DNA of 64,000 nt from a virus (taxonomy: Duplodnaviria; Caudoviricetes), in the IMG/VR virus record IMGVR_UViG_3300049009_000874, positions 64,001 to 128,000 of that record. One strand, 5' to 3'. Positions 9,486 through 19,380 of the stretch are shown here, piece by piece; within the stretch, counting starts at the first letter, position 1, and each line of letters begins with the position of its first letter. The notes beneath the pieces were generated by a model that worked only from the letters and a program-made list of their open reading frames with translations, had not been told where the DNA came from and did not search any database. The translations under genes and the position numbers were made by a program.

Positions 9486-10211
9486 ATGAGCGTAAACAAC
9501 CCGTTGGACAATACCAGATCAGAATTGACGGTGTCACTCAAGAATTACAGTGACGAGCAGATATCCATAATCATAGTCCACAAGGACAGACCGGAATACC
9601 TCAACCTGTGCCTCCAGAGCATATGCGTCACGTCCTTCAATTCGAACTACGAGATCATCGTGGTCGACAACGGAAGCGACAAGGAATCGCAGTCGTTCCT
9701 CGATGACGTCGAAGGCACGGTAAAGGTCATAAGGAACGAAAAGAACCTGTACTGGTCTGCCGCCTGCAACAAGGGCGCGAACGCCGCGGACAAGAACTCC
9801 AAGTACCTCATTTTCATGCATTGCGACATCGTCATCACGAACCCTTCGTGGCTTGACCTTCTCCTGAACGTTTCCGAATCGACATCGTCAGGGTTTATAG
9901 GTCTCGACACTCAGAACTACACGGTGGGCAACCAGGATGTCGGATTCATAACCGACCACATGATAATGATGACCAGGGACTGCTGGAGCGACATAGGACC
10001 TTGGCCAGAAGAGCTGCCGCAGATAGGCACAAGCTTCGTCATGACGATAAAATCCCAATCCAAGGGTCACAAGCCGCAGGTCATGAAGACCCCGATCCTC
10101 CATCACTACAAGATATTCAGCCTCGGCATAAACGAATACGAAAAACTTCAGGAAGAGGCTGTGTCCATACTGCCCCGCCTCGTAAGCCAGACCCAGTCAA
10201 GACCGGTCTAG
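9486..10211 (+). CDS. Glycosyltransferase family 2
   Basis: ISIIIVH, YEIIVVDNGS, N.Y.SAACNKG, FMHCD. Confidence 0.88.
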   Translation: MSVNNPLDNTRSELTVSLKNYSDEQISIIIVHKDRPEYLNLCLQSICVTSFNSNYEIIVVDNGSDKESQSFLDDVEGTVKVIRNEKNLYWSAACNKGANAADKNSKYLIFMHCDIVITNPSWLDLLLNVSESTSSGFIGLDTQNYTVGNQDVGFITDHMIMMTRDCWSDIGPWPEELPQIGTSFVMTIKSQSKGHKPQVMKTPILHHYKIFSLGINEYEKLQEEAVSILPRLVSQTQSRPV

Positions 10212-10690
10212 TTGGGTATCTTTTTTATGAATTCGTGCCATTTCGGATGCTCGAATTTCGTGATCTTGTTTTTGGCGTAGTGCTGCGCGTAAGCCATGCA
10301 GAAAAGTTCAAGGGGGTTCTCGTCTCGCAGATCCTTGTTCTTCTTCATGGAATCTTTGGCTATCTTGTTCCATTCCTTCCTCATGCCCGGATCGACCTTG
10401 TATTCCCAAACCATATGGGCTATCTCGTGCAGCGTGGTGAACTCCCTCCCGTAGTTCCATGGCGCCGCAACCACTATCTTCCTCTTGTGTATGGTTCCTA
10501 TGTGCTTCTTGTCGCCTTCGATGGTGTTGCCGTTGGTGTAGTTGATCTCGAACCCTCGGACTAGGTCTTTGTGGCTTTTCGGCAGCTTGTTCAGGGTCTT
10601 CTTTATGTCTTTTCTGGGAACGGTCTCGCAGTCGCACCTTTCCATGAAAGATTTGAAATTAAGTACATTGTGTCTTGTGATGTCATGCAT
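10208..10690 (-). CDS. Zincin-like metallopeptidase domain protein with capsid-targeting-like peptide
   Basis: TLHEIAH (HExxH), downstream ELFC..YAQHY; NFKSFME near N-terminus. Confidence 0.7.
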   Translation of the reverse strand: MHDITRHNVLNFKSFMERCDCETVPRKDIKKTLNKLPKSHKDLVRGFEINYTNGNTIEGDKKHIGTIHKRKIVVAAPWNYGREFTTLHEIAHMVWEYKVDPGMRKEWNKIAKDSMKKNKDLRDENPLELFCMAYAQHYAKNKITKFEHPKWHEFIKKIPN

Positions 10691-10741
10691 TTATGTCAAC
10701 TCCGCTGATATATAGAATCAGACAATCAATATTTAACCAGG

Positions 10742-11470
10742 ATGAACCATATGTCACGATCAAAGAAGAAAAAGGTGGAAAGAAAACCAACCGTAGTTCG
10801 GGAGGGGGCGAAGAAATCCGGCATATCTTCTGGCTTCCGTTTCGAGTTCCTCAATTCGGCTCAAAGGGCTGCGTGGGGCGCTTTCGACAAGCACGACGTG
10901 CTGTTCCTCCTTGGTCCGGCTGGCACCGGAAAGACGCAACTGGCTTGCGCGTTCGCCATGAGCGAGATATTGGCAAAAAAAAGGGAGAAGATAGTCCTGA
11001 CTAGACCGGTGGTCGAAGCGGGCGAAAGCCTCGGTTTCCTCCCTGGCACCATGGAGGAGAAGCTCAACCCATATATGATGCCGATGTACGATTGCATAGA
11101 CATGTGCGTCGGAAAGGAAAGTGTCGAGCGAGACATCATCAGCAAGAGCATAGAGATAGCCCCGATAGCCTACTGCCGCGGCAGAACCTTCCAGGAGTCA
11201 ATCTGCATATTCGACGAGGCTCAGAACGCCACCAAGACGCAGCTCAAGCTGTTCATGACCAGATTCGGCAAGAACAGCAAGCTGATCATAACCGGAGATC
11301 CCGAGCAATCGGATATCAGGGACGGCAACACGACGCTTCTCGAGGTCGCGAACAAGATGGAGGAGCTTCCCGGGGTGGGCGTCATAAGGTTCAAGGCTTG
11401 CTCGATCGTTAGGCACCCATTGATTGCCGGAATACTGGAGAAGTTTTCGGAGATTGAAAAGAAGGTGTGA
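10742..11470 (+). CDS. phoH: PhoH family ATPase
   Basis: GPAGTGKT, LTRPVVEAGESLGFLPG, RGRTF, DEAQN, ITGDPEQSD, VRHPL. Confidence 0.96.
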   Translation: MNHMSRSKKKKVERKPTVVREGAKKSGISSGFRFEFLNSAQRAAWGAFDKHDVLFLLGPAGTGKTQLACAFAMSEILAKKREKIVLTRPVVEAGESLGFLPGTMEEKLNPYMMPMYDCIDMCVGKESVERDIISKSIEIAPIAYCRGRTFQESICIFDEAQNATKTQLKLFMTRFGKNSKLIITGDPEQSDIRDGNTTLLEVANKMEELPGVGVIRFKACSIVRHPLIAGILEKFSEIEKKV

Positions 11471-11573
11471 TTTACAACTATGCCAACGCCAAGCCCAACT
11501 AATCAACCTAGTCCAAGACTGTCTCGAATAACATGTTATTTTAGAATAGTTGATCATATATAGGAGTTTTTAA

Positions 11574-13676
11574 ATGTCTAATGGAGGGATTACAGTATCT
11601 GGAAATGCTATTTGCAATTCAATAATTAGTTGTGTTGGAGATGGAGGGATTACAGTATCTGGAAATGCTATTTGCAATCCAATAATTAGTTGTGTTGGAG
11701 ATGGAGGGATAGTTTTAAGTCATATGACTTACGCAAATCCAATCATTTCTGTTTTTTTCAATTTTGACTTTAATTTCGACATTTACGCTTCGTTCGAATT
11801 CGGTCAAGACTTTAATTTCGATGTCGGCGAGTTGCCGTTGAGGACATTCAGGGTTGTCGGCGTCGAGTACTACAATTGCGACTACATACCTTTCTGCGCG
11901 ATACCAAACGGATTGAACAGGATGTTCCAGGAGATGGCGGCAAGAAATCTTTCGGAAGTATGCCAGTTCCTTTCCGACGTGAACTGGACTTGGCCGATAG
12001 CGGACATACAAAGGTCTGTTCACTCCATAGACTCTTTCATATCCGTGGGAAGTACTGGGCTCAACATAAACGGACTTCCGATTCCATCAACAAACGAGTT
12101 TGTCTCGGTGCCGTTCTCCCAGATACCAGAATGTCTCCAGTTCACCGTAGTTCCGACCCCCGCGGTAACCATGGGCATGTCTATGTACGTCGACACGTTG
12201 TTCTACATGGGTGGGTCCGGTTCGGTCGGTATTTCAGGATTCGCCAACACAGCAAGAAGGTTTGTGGCGTCTGGATCTTTGGCGATTGAAGGTTACGCCG
12301 ATTATCTCTCATCTTGTTTCTTTTACGAAGCGGGAGGGAGCGTCGAATTGAGTCCCGAATATGAACTCACGGCTTCAGATTTCTCGTTCGACTCCAATGG
12401 GGTTTTGTCGCTATACGGAGAATCTGCGGTCGTCAGCCAAAGATATGCCTATGCGACATCAGGGTCGTTGGTGTTTTCGGGCGATGCGGTTTCCCTGTTG
12501 AAGTTGAGACATTTTTCGTCCGGGGCTATTGTATTGGGAGGAAGTTCCGAGTATCCCATGTTGTATCAGGCAAATGGAACTATCCTTGTTTCCGGTTCGT
12601 CGATGGCGTCGAAAAAGATTTATGGTTATGTCGTAGAAGGCACGGTTTCAGTGTCTGGACAATCCTTGAATTTATCTCCATATTATGGGTATGAGCCTTC
12701 CGGGTCAGCCGTGGTGGATGGAAGCATAGTCGTGAGCAAGGCGTCTTTCAGGATAGACCCTGATTTCTCGTTTCCGATAAGCGTTTCCGGGCTGGCTCTG
12801 GAAAGGGACTCCATAAATGGAGAATTTTGGTATGTCCCTCTTATTTCCGACCTGCTTGTGGGCGATTCGGCGGAAAGTTCGGTCAAAGGAGTCTCGTACA
12901 AGTCTTTTGGGAACATCGGAGTTTCTGGAAGCATGGAGACAAGCATCTACCAGGACGAAGTCGCCATGGGATCATTTTGCGAGATTGATTTTATCGAAAT
13001 AATTTACAACGAGGATTTCGTCTCGAATTTGGCGCCCGTAGTCGGAACGGTCAACACGACATGCGGATCGTGCGACGCCATACCGCAGGAACTGTATTTG
13101 AGTCATAACCTGAAATACTCTGTCGTTTTCAAGGATTTTCTTCTCCGAAATGGATTTTCCATAGATGATTCAATCAAGTTCACTTATAGTCCCAAGTCTG
13201 ATTCGTGGCGAGCGTCGCTGCACTACATCGGGGCTGGGGCTGACATCAATGATTTGACCGAAATATGGCAGATAAACATGGATTGGTCTTGTGTCAGCAC
13301 GCTCGGGGAAGACCAGATTGGAAGTTCGCTCTGGAAGTTCGGCATATACGTAAACAGAAAGAACGTGGCTACGGATATAGACTACGATACCAGGCTGGTA
13401 TCCTTTTTCCCTTCCGAGGAGATATGTACTGAGGCTTCGCGCAGGGGGCTCGATTTTTCATTCGGGTTCAATTTTGCGAATAGTTATGTCACGAATAGTT
13501 TGGGTATTGTAATTGATAATTTTACAATTTATGATAACATAGGCATGTTCAAGGGAAGCTATTGGAGAGCAAATGACTTCTCTTGCAGGATTACGGCGGT
13601 AGATTTGATTTCCGACCTAATCGTCAACGATTTGACATACATAAAGCCATTGTCTCCTACGCAGTTTTACGTGTGA
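11574..13676 (+). CDS. Putative tail/virion structural protein with G/S-rich beta repeats
   Basis: 700 aa, repeated Y..sG.l.vsG.A units; ATATATA then GGAG upstream. Confidence 0.65.
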   Translation: MSNGGITVSGNAICNSIISCVGDGGITVSGNAICNPIISCVGDGGIVLSHMTYANPIISVFFNFDFNFDIYASFEFGQDFNFDVGELPLRTFRVVGVEYYNCDYIPFCAIPNGLNRMFQEMAARNLSEVCQFLSDVNWTWPIADIQRSVHSIDSFISVGSTGLNINGLPIPSTNEFVSVPFSQIPECLQFTVVPTPAVTMGMSMYVDTLFYMGGSGSVGISGFANTARRFVASGSLAIEGYADYLSSCFFYEAGGSVELSPEYELTASDFSFDSNGVLSLYGESAVVSQRYAYATSGSLVFSGDAVSLLKLRHFSSGAIVLGGSSEYPMLYQANGTILVSGSSMASKKIYGYVVEGTVSVSGQSLNLSPYYGYEPSGSAVVDGSIVVSKASFRIDPDFSFPISVSGLALERDSINGEFWYVPLISDLLVGDSAESSVKGVSYKSFGNIGVSGSMETSIYQDEVAMGSFCEIDFIEIIYNEDFVSNLAPVVGTVNTTCGSCDAIPQELYLSHNLKYSVVFKDFLLRNGFSIDDSIKFTYSPKSDSWRASLHYIGAGADINDLTEIWQINMDWSCVSTLGEDQIGSSLWKFGIYVNRKNVATDIDYDTRLVSFFPSEEICTEASRRGLDFSFGFNFANSYVTNSLGIVIDNFTIYDNIGMFKGSYWRANDFSCRITAVDLISDLIVNDLTYIKPLSPTQFYV
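11581..11710 (+). repeat. 60-bp tandem repeat (2 copies plus partial)
   Basis: 11581-11640 and 11641-11700 differ at one base; encodes GGITVSGNAICN[S/P]IISCVGD. Confidence 0.97.
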
Positions 13677-13680
13677 AAAA

Positions 13681-13971
13681 ATGAACATTTCAATCATCGA
13701 CTGTTGCATATTGGTTTTTCTCGTGATAAACACGATCATCATGATATACATTGGCGGTTTCGTGGTGAGGATGAGAGACGACCAAAAGGAATTCTTCTCC
13801 GACTTGGTCGATCTTTTTGGCAACATGAGGCTTCCAGAGGAAGCCAAGAAACTGCCGATTAAGTCCATGGTGGCAACAACAAAGACCTGGGACCAGAAAT
13901 ACGAGGAGGAACTTGACATGTTGTCGAGAAGGAGCAGGCAGGACAGCGGTCTGGTCGACCCAGACAAATAA
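13681..13971 (+). CDS. Membrane-anchored hypothetical protein
   Basis: N-terminal TM, in operon. Confidence 0.7.
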   Translation: MNISIIDCCILVFLVINTIIMIYIGGFVVRMRDDQKEFFSDLVDLFGNMRLPEEAKKLPIKSMVATTKTWDQKYEEELDMLSRRSRQDSGLVDPDK

Positions 13972-13973
13972 AA

Positions 13974-14948
13974 ATGAACATAAAATATAGAAAGTTGCCT
14001 ATATCAAGAAAGTTCGGCATAGAGCTCGAACTTTCAAATTCTTTTTCCAAAAAAAAGATCAAGGAAATTATTGAGTCTCACTCGAAAAGGCTTGTCAAGG
14101 TCACGCGGTACCAGCTTTCCTACAAGAACGATTTCTGGCACATAAAAAACGACAGCAGTTGCGGTCCCGCTGGACCCGGAGGTCCAGCGGGGGTGGAGAT
14201 AGCAACCTATGTCTGTTCTGGGTTGGCGGACTTGAATCACGTTGTCAAGGTAATTGGCGAGGTTCGCAAGGCTGGGGCTGTGGTGAACGAGCATTGCGGG
14301 CTTCACATTCATGTTGATGCCTGCGACCTTTCCGAGGCGGAAGTGTGCAGGATAGTGCTGCATTGGTTGCGGATAGAGCCTGTACTCCGTTATGCCATGC
14401 CGTTGAGGAGGAGGGACAACAAATACTGCAAGCTCATGGGTCCGACCATTCCGGGCGACTCGATTCTCAAGTACGCGTACGACATTGCCGGGTACAAGTC
14501 GATGATAGAGCTTTTCAAGCCAATAGACAGCCAAGGGCAGTTTTTCGACCATACTTACAAGAGAAAAACCCTGAACCTTCTCAATTATTTCGAGTCGTTG
14601 AGGACAGGACGTCAGGTTCGAAAAACCTTGGAATTCAGGTGGCCGGAGGGAACTTTGCGGTCCGAAGACATCAAAGGCTGGGTCTGTCTTTTCTTGTCTT
14701 TCATCGAGAAGTCGAAAAACAGGAGGTTTGTTTTCGACAGGAAGACTTGCAAATCCGATCTCCTGGAGGTTCTGGATGTTGTCGGCTTGGGGCAGAACAG
14801 GGTTTTCTCCATTTTCGACGAAAACCTGTCCGTCACGAGAAAATGGCTTCTCGACAGGTTCGTCGCCAACAGCGATGAATCCATGTGGAGCCAAAAAAAC
14901 ATTAAAAATGAGGCGCAAGCTCTATTAAATAGAATATACGGCTTTTAA
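13974..14948 (+). CDS. Putative amidoligase (COOH-NH2 ligase, Amidoligase_2-like)
   Basis: KFGIELE, WHIKNDSS, EIAT, CGLHIHV, TLEFR motifs. Confidence 0.85.
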   Translation: MNIKYRKLPISRKFGIELELSNSFSKKKIKEIIESHSKRLVKVTRYQLSYKNDFWHIKNDSSCGPAGPGGPAGVEIATYVCSGLADLNHVVKVIGEVRKAGAVVNEHCGLHIHVDACDLSEAEVCRIVLHWLRIEPVLRYAMPLRRRDNKYCKLMGPTIPGDSILKYAYDIAGYKSMIELFKPIDSQGQFFDHTYKRKTLNLLNYFESLRTGRQVRKTLEFRWPEGTLRSEDIKGWVCLFLSFIEKSKNRRFVFDRKTCKSDLLEVLDVVGLGQNRVFSIFDENLSVTRKWLLDRFVANSDESMWSQKNIKNEAQALLNRIYGF

Positions 14949-14958
14949 AGAGGTTATC

Positions 14959-15795
14959 ATGTATCAAATTGTCTTAATCATGTCATTGGCTTTTTGTTTC
15001 CCGCCACCAGAGGAGATACCCGAAATAAAGGGATTGGTATGGAACAGGTATGTCACCAACAACTTTACCATTCTGAGCATCGAGGACGAACAAGGTTATT
15101 GGATGAAGAATAACATCGAGGGCATCAAGTCGTGGTGTTTGAACAGGTGGGGTTTGCCAGACATAAAATTCTCCAGGGAGTGTAGGGTTTTTTGCGTTCC
15201 GGACTCGGCGATGCTGAAAAAGCTTTTTGACTTGGATGTCTCGAAAGTCGAGGTGAGGAGGAAGGGTTCTGATCTTGAGATAACCGCCATGTGGTTGGCT
15301 TTGGACGACAAGCCGTCGAAAATCATACCGTCGTATTTGAGTCAGGTCGCTCTGTCCGAGTTTGAGTCTATCAACAAAATAAAATTGCCGTTCTGGTGCA
15401 AGGTCGGAATGTCCCGGCTCAACAGGGGGATTGCCGAAATCAGGTCTGACTTGACATCCATTGACAAGGATAAGCTTTTTGACATCTCGACGCTCATGAA
15501 TACGAGCGAGGAACAGTTCTCGAAGTTAAGCGCGGAGAAAATGCGTGTCTTTTCTTCCCAATCAGAATTCCTTTGCCTTTTCATACGCAAGGAGTTTGGT
15601 GAGGTCAGGCTTCACAGTTTCATGAAAGAAAGCTTTAGGGTCGGTTCGGACAAGTCTGTGGCTTCGGTTCTTGGATTTGCTGGATACGAAGACATGGAGA
15701 AGACATACTTGCGGTATGTGAGGCGTCTCTCGGTTGACATAAAAAACAACATAACTCCGGATTCCTATCTGGAAATAAACAAGGTCGTGAGGTGA
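14959..15795 (+). CDS. Secreted peptidase MA-like protein lacking HExxH
   Basis: Signal peptide; TNNF, IIPSYLSQ at expected HExxH site, LPFWCKVGMS like P.W..EG. Confidence 0.5.
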   Translation: MYQIVLIMSLAFCFPPPEEIPEIKGLVWNRYVTNNFTILSIEDEQGYWMKNNIEGIKSWCLNRWGLPDIKFSRECRVFCVPDSAMLKKLFDLDVSKVEVRRKGSDLEITAMWLALDDKPSKIIPSYLSQVALSEFESINKIKLPFWCKVGMSRLNRGIAEIRSDLTSIDKDKLFDISTLMNTSEEQFSKLSAEKMRVFSSQSEFLCLFIRKEFGEVRLHSFMKESFRVGSDKSVASVLGFAGYEDMEKTYLRYVRRLSVDIKNNITPDSYLEINKVVR

Positions 15796-15798
15796 TTT

Positions 15799-16095
15799 AT
15801 GATTAGTTTGATTATATGGATTGTTTTCGGCTTGATAGTTGGATTCCTGGCTAGGTCCTTGCATCCCGGCAATGATCCGATTGGATGTCTTCCGACCATA
15901 GTCATAGGGGTTGCTGGATCTTTTGTGGGAGGGATCATCAACTGGACGATGAATGCCGGACAGGCTCCATATGAGCCATCTGGATTCCTGATGTCGATAC
16001 TTGGCGGCGTGATATCTTGCGCGGCATGGAGGTGGTATGTACTGAGAACATCTCCTTCCGGTCCAAAAAACTTCTTCACGGGAAAAACAAGATGA
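15799..16095 (+). CDS. GlsB/YeaQ/YmgE family membrane protein
   Basis: IIWIVFGLIVGFLAR..PG....G...TIVIGVAGSFVGG. Confidence 0.88.
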   Translation: MISLIIWIVFGLIVGFLARSLHPGNDPIGCLPTIVIGVAGSFVGGIINWTMNAGQAPYEPSGFLMSILGGVISCAAWRWYVLRTSPSGPKNFFTGKTR

Positions 16096-16316
16096 TAGAT
16101 GAAAAGGTGGTTGGGGCATTAAGATCGAAACATTCTTCCGTGCATCCCCTTCTTTTTCAGAGATCGGTCGAGCATGCCACCAGCGCCGGAAATCTTTTTG
16201 ACATCTTGGAGGATATGCCTTTGAAATATCCGATATATTGGAACGATGTCTTGAGGGTCTGGGCGCGGTGCGATGACGTCACGATGAGGGGAAATTTCTC
16301 GGAGGTAATGAAATGA
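16092..16316 (+). CDS. Hypothetical protein
   Basis: ATGA overlap with upstream gene. Confidence 0.65.
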   Translation: MIDEKVVGALRSKHSSVHPLLFQRSVEHATSAGNLFDILEDMPLKYPIYWNDVLRVWARCDDVTMRGNFSEVMK

Positions 16317-17026
16317 AGGAATGCGTTCTGTTGTTCGCCTGCTTGTTTTGTGGTTCGGAGCAGAGCAACAAGCTCCAGTACAGGTACTCTGTGGTCCATG
16401 ACAAGCCAATAGTGTCATACTCGGAAATCGTAGCGGTGATGCCCAACGCGGACAGGATTGTCATACCGCTTATAAACAACACCATCCCGGCAATAATTGT
16501 CAAGCCACGCAACGGACTCGATTGCGAACTTGTGCTCGATTACGAGGACAAGGACGCGGCTGCTGCTCTCCCGGACCAGAGGCAGATAATCTACGGCAAT
16601 GACGATGCCCCCAGAAAGAAAGACCAGAAAATCCAACCTGTTGCGGGGAAGCAGAAGGTCGACACGGAAAAGAAAATGGACGACAGGGTTTTGGAAACAT
16701 TTCTTTCAATCCAGAGGGAATTGCTGTTGTTCGACTTGATAAATATGAGAGACGACTCTGCGTCGGTTGAAGCCATAAATTCTCTGGCGAAAAAAGTAGA
16801 GGAGATCAAGAAGATGACAATAGAGACAAATTCAATCCTTGGTTCGATAGGAAGCAAGTCCATAGAAATTAAGGTCGAACTCAACGAGATAAAGAATATG
16901 CTTGGAGACATGAGAAAGGAACTCGTGAACATCAAGAACAGCATCGAGACAAAGGCTTCCGTGAAAAAAGATATAATCGAGCCATCCCTCCCGATTGTCG
17001 ACAAGGGAACCATTCCGAAAAAATGA
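16313..17026 (+). CDS. Secreted coiled-coil protein
   Basis: Hydrophobic N-terminus, heptad-rich C-half. Confidence 0.65.
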   Translation: MKECVLLFACLFCGSEQSNKLQYRYSVVHDKPIVSYSEIVAVMPNADRIVIPLINNTIPAIIVKPRNGLDCELVLDYEDKDAAAALPDQRQIIYGNDDAPRKKDQKIQPVAGKQKVDTEKKMDDRVLETFLSIQRELLLFDLINMRDDSASVEAINSLAKKVEEIKKMTIETNSILGSIGSKSIEIKVELNEIKNMLGDMRKELVNIKNSIETKASVKKDIIEPSLPIVDKGTIPKK

Positions 17027-17685
17027 AAATAGTAGAAGACTACATCAGGCGGAACAACTTGCAGGGAGTTCCAGTGGTGCAACACTGCGACAGTCTTTTT
17101 TTCATAGCCAGACCACGCTTGGTCGAGGACAACATTGGTTATTTGTACATGACTTCCAATTGGATCGACAGGAGCAAGGGACCTGGATCTTACATGGTTA
17201 AGTTCTTCTCCCCGCAGAAGGTAGGAAAGAACTGGATGAACAAGCTGAGGCATCAAATCTATGCCGACAAGAGCTTCATGTTCAAGGAGATCTCAACCCA
17301 TACTGTCGAGTACGAGGATTACGAGACTTTCATGTTCAATTGGATGGATATGGTTCATTCGTCTTCCGACAAATGGATTGTTTCCAAAAACAGGGATGAT
17401 GCTTTGCTCATGGTCTGGGAGTCTTTCGTTTACATTTTTGACGTCGTTTTGTCTGAATTCCCGGCAATGGCTAAGGTCGATTTGTGGGAGAGCCTAGATG
17501 CCGGCAATGGGGTGATTAAGAGGAAAGAGCACATGAGCAACACGTTGAGCCACATTTGCGCGATCTCGGACCAGATGCACAACGTGTGGCTTTCCGACAT
17601 ATGCCACCATATGGACTCCTACTGCGACTGGATGGGCGAGTGTTTCTCCAGAGGCAAGTCGGACAAACTTATCTCGGTCACATGA
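17023..17685 (+). CDS. Hypothetical protein
   Basis: ATGA overlap, 220 aa. Confidence 0.7.
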   Translation: MKIVEDYIRRNNLQGVPVVQHCDSLFFIARPRLVEDNIGYLYMTSNWIDRSKGPGSYMVKFFSPQKVGKNWMNKLRHQIYADKSFMFKEISTHTVEYEDYETFMFNWMDMVHSSSDKWIVSKNRDDALLMVWESFVYIFDVVLSEFPAMAKVDLWESLDAGNGVIKRKEHMSNTLSHICAISDQMHNVWLSDICHHMDSYCDWMGECFSRGKSDKLISVT

Positions 17686-17737
17686 TGGGGGACATGAAAT
17701 CAAACCTTTTTTCGGAAACAAAAAGAACATAGAGCTT

Positions 17738-18358
17738 TTGTACGCGAGTCCATCGTCCGGTCAGTTCGCCTTGGAGCAAGAGCCTCCAAAGACCATTTCT
17801 TGGGACAACTGCCGAGAGCAGTTTCTCGGGAAGATGTCGATGGACATGTGCGGCTTCTTTTTCACGCATCACGACGGCAAGGGCGATGATATCGCCTGCT
17901 TCCTCACGAAGATGGAGGAGGTGGTTTCGTTGTCCGGTCTTTCATTTGGCTTTTCTTCGTTCCGCAAAACAAGCAAGACGAACATAATCTGGGTGGAGCC
18001 GGGAGGGTTGTGGCGCAACGGCGTCATGTCCATGTCGCTCTTGACTCTCATGCTGAGGTCGTCCTTGAATTACGACATGGTTGCTGACAACTTCCAGGAC
18101 TGCCTTTTCGGCAATTTCCATGAAAACAGGATGATTCGGGAAACCAAGCAGGCTGTGCTGAGGTTCATGTTCGGATTCACGAAATATGTCGGAGAGTTGC
18201 CTCCGATGACGAATCCATCTTACAATTCAACACTGGTGAGACACGGATGGCATTCCGAGTTCAACTTTGCCGATCTTGTGGCTATCAAGAGAAAACTGGT
18301 TTCGACACACGAGGGAGCCCGAAGTGAAAAATTTGGGTTTGATTTCATATGGAATTGA
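17738..18358 (+). CDS. Hypothetical protein (start uncertain)
   Basis: 206 aa from TTG; frame open further upstream. Confidence 0.65.
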   Translation: MYASPSSGQFALEQEPPKTISWDNCREQFLGKMSMDMCGFFFTHHDGKGDDIACFLTKMEEVVSLSGLSFGFSSFRKTSKTNIIWVEPGGLWRNGVMSMSLLTLMLRSSLNYDMVADNFQDCLFGNFHENRMIRETKQAVLRFMFGFTKYVGELPPMTNPSYNSTLVRHGWHSEFNFADLVAIKRKLVSTHEGARSEKFGFDFIWN

Positions 18359-18624
18359 AGAACATATCGTCCGAGAACCTGAGCGACTTGAACTACGGCA
18401 AGTGGATCGTGGTTTTCTGGGTGCCGTGGGGAAAACCTTCGTTCAAGGAGATGAGATTGGCGCGGTCTTCGAAATCAAAGTCCAAGCTGGCTTGCGTCAA
18501 CGTGGAGGACAACCCGGACATAGCCGTGAAATTCAATGTTTCTTTCTTTCCGACCACGATACATTTTAATCAAGGCAGGGAAAGCAAGAGGGTCTTTGGA
18601 TTCTCTGGAAGGGGGAACTCCTGA
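18349..18624 (+). CDS. Thioredoxin-fold protein without CxxC
   Basis: VVFWVPWGKPS, VNVEDNPDIA.KFNV..FPT..F..G. Confidence 0.75.
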   Translation: MELKNISSENLSDLNYGKWIVVFWVPWGKPSFKEMRLARSSKSKSKLACVNVEDNPDIAVKFNVSFFPTTIHFNQGRESKRVFGFSGRGNS

Positions 18625-18625
18625 C

Positions 18626-19348
18626 ATGTGGTTTTTCACCGCCGACCTTCACCTGAATCACAACAACATAATAAAGTACTGCGAACGACCGTTCATGAAC
18701 ATTCTGGAGACTGGTCTGATGCAGATGGTCAAGTCCAAGATCATACCCGTTAACGAAGTGGCGATCAGCGACGAGTCGTCCGAGAAAATGACCAACTACA
18801 TCATTGATTCCATAAACCAAGTCGTTTCGGCAAATGACAACCTCGTCATTGCCGGTGATTTCTGCCACACGAGTAGTTCGGAAAGGGCTTCGGAGATAGC
18901 AAGGCTTCGAGCGATGATAAACTGCAAAAACGTATACCTCATAATTGGCAACCACGACGACAGGAACGCGATGTCCAAGAGCTTCACGTGCTTTGACCAA
19001 TATATGTTCAACGTAAACGGGCAGAACGTGTTCGTCTGCCACTATCCGTGTCGATCTTGGAATAAATCGTCTCGAGGTTCGTGGATGTTGTACGGTCATG
19101 TCCATGGCGGTTTTTCTCGAGAGGATTCCCTCGGGTTTTCGGAGAACGATGAGAGAACGTTGTTTTCTGGGTTCAAGGACATAGTCGGGGACGACGTCGT
19201 GTGCGCCAAGTTGGTCGAGGTCGCTAGGAAGTCGATGCCGCGAAGGCTCACCCTTGATATCGGCGTCGACAACAGGCGGGACGGGTTTAGGTTCGGGGCT
19301 CCGTGGAGTTTCGACGATATTCGCAAATATATGTCTTTATTGTCTTGA
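18626..19348 (+). CDS. Calcineurin-like metallophosphoesterase
   Basis: DLH, GDF, GNHD, CHYP, YGHVH, DIGVD. Confidence 0.9.
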   Translation: MWFFTADLHLNHNNIIKYCERPFMNILETGLMQMVKSKIIPVNEVAISDESSEKMTNYIIDSINQVVSANDNLVIAGDFCHTSSSERASEIARLRAMINCKNVYLIIGNHDDRNAMSKSFTCFDQYMFNVNGQNVFVCHYPCRSWNKSSRGSWMLYGHVHGGFSREDSLGFSENDERTLFSGFKDIVGDDVVCAKLVEVARKSMPRRLTLDIGVDNRRDGFRFGAPWSFDDIRKYMSLLS

Positions 19349-19380
19349 TGGTTTTTCATGTTTTTGATAGCATCCAAAAC

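Noticed and set aside
11480-11563. 27-aa ORF MPTPSPTNQPSP.. before the tail-like gene
   Set aside because: No clear RBS, overlaps the promoter motif and is out of frame with the next gene; unsupported
11581-11710. DGR template/variable repeat or CRISPR
   Set aside because: Head-to-tail in-frame duplication with one T/C difference, no spacers, no reverse transcriptase seen
17682-17740. Frameshift joining ATG 17694 to ORF 17738..18358
   Set aside because: A TTG or other alternative start explains it; cannot be separated from sequencing error without homologs
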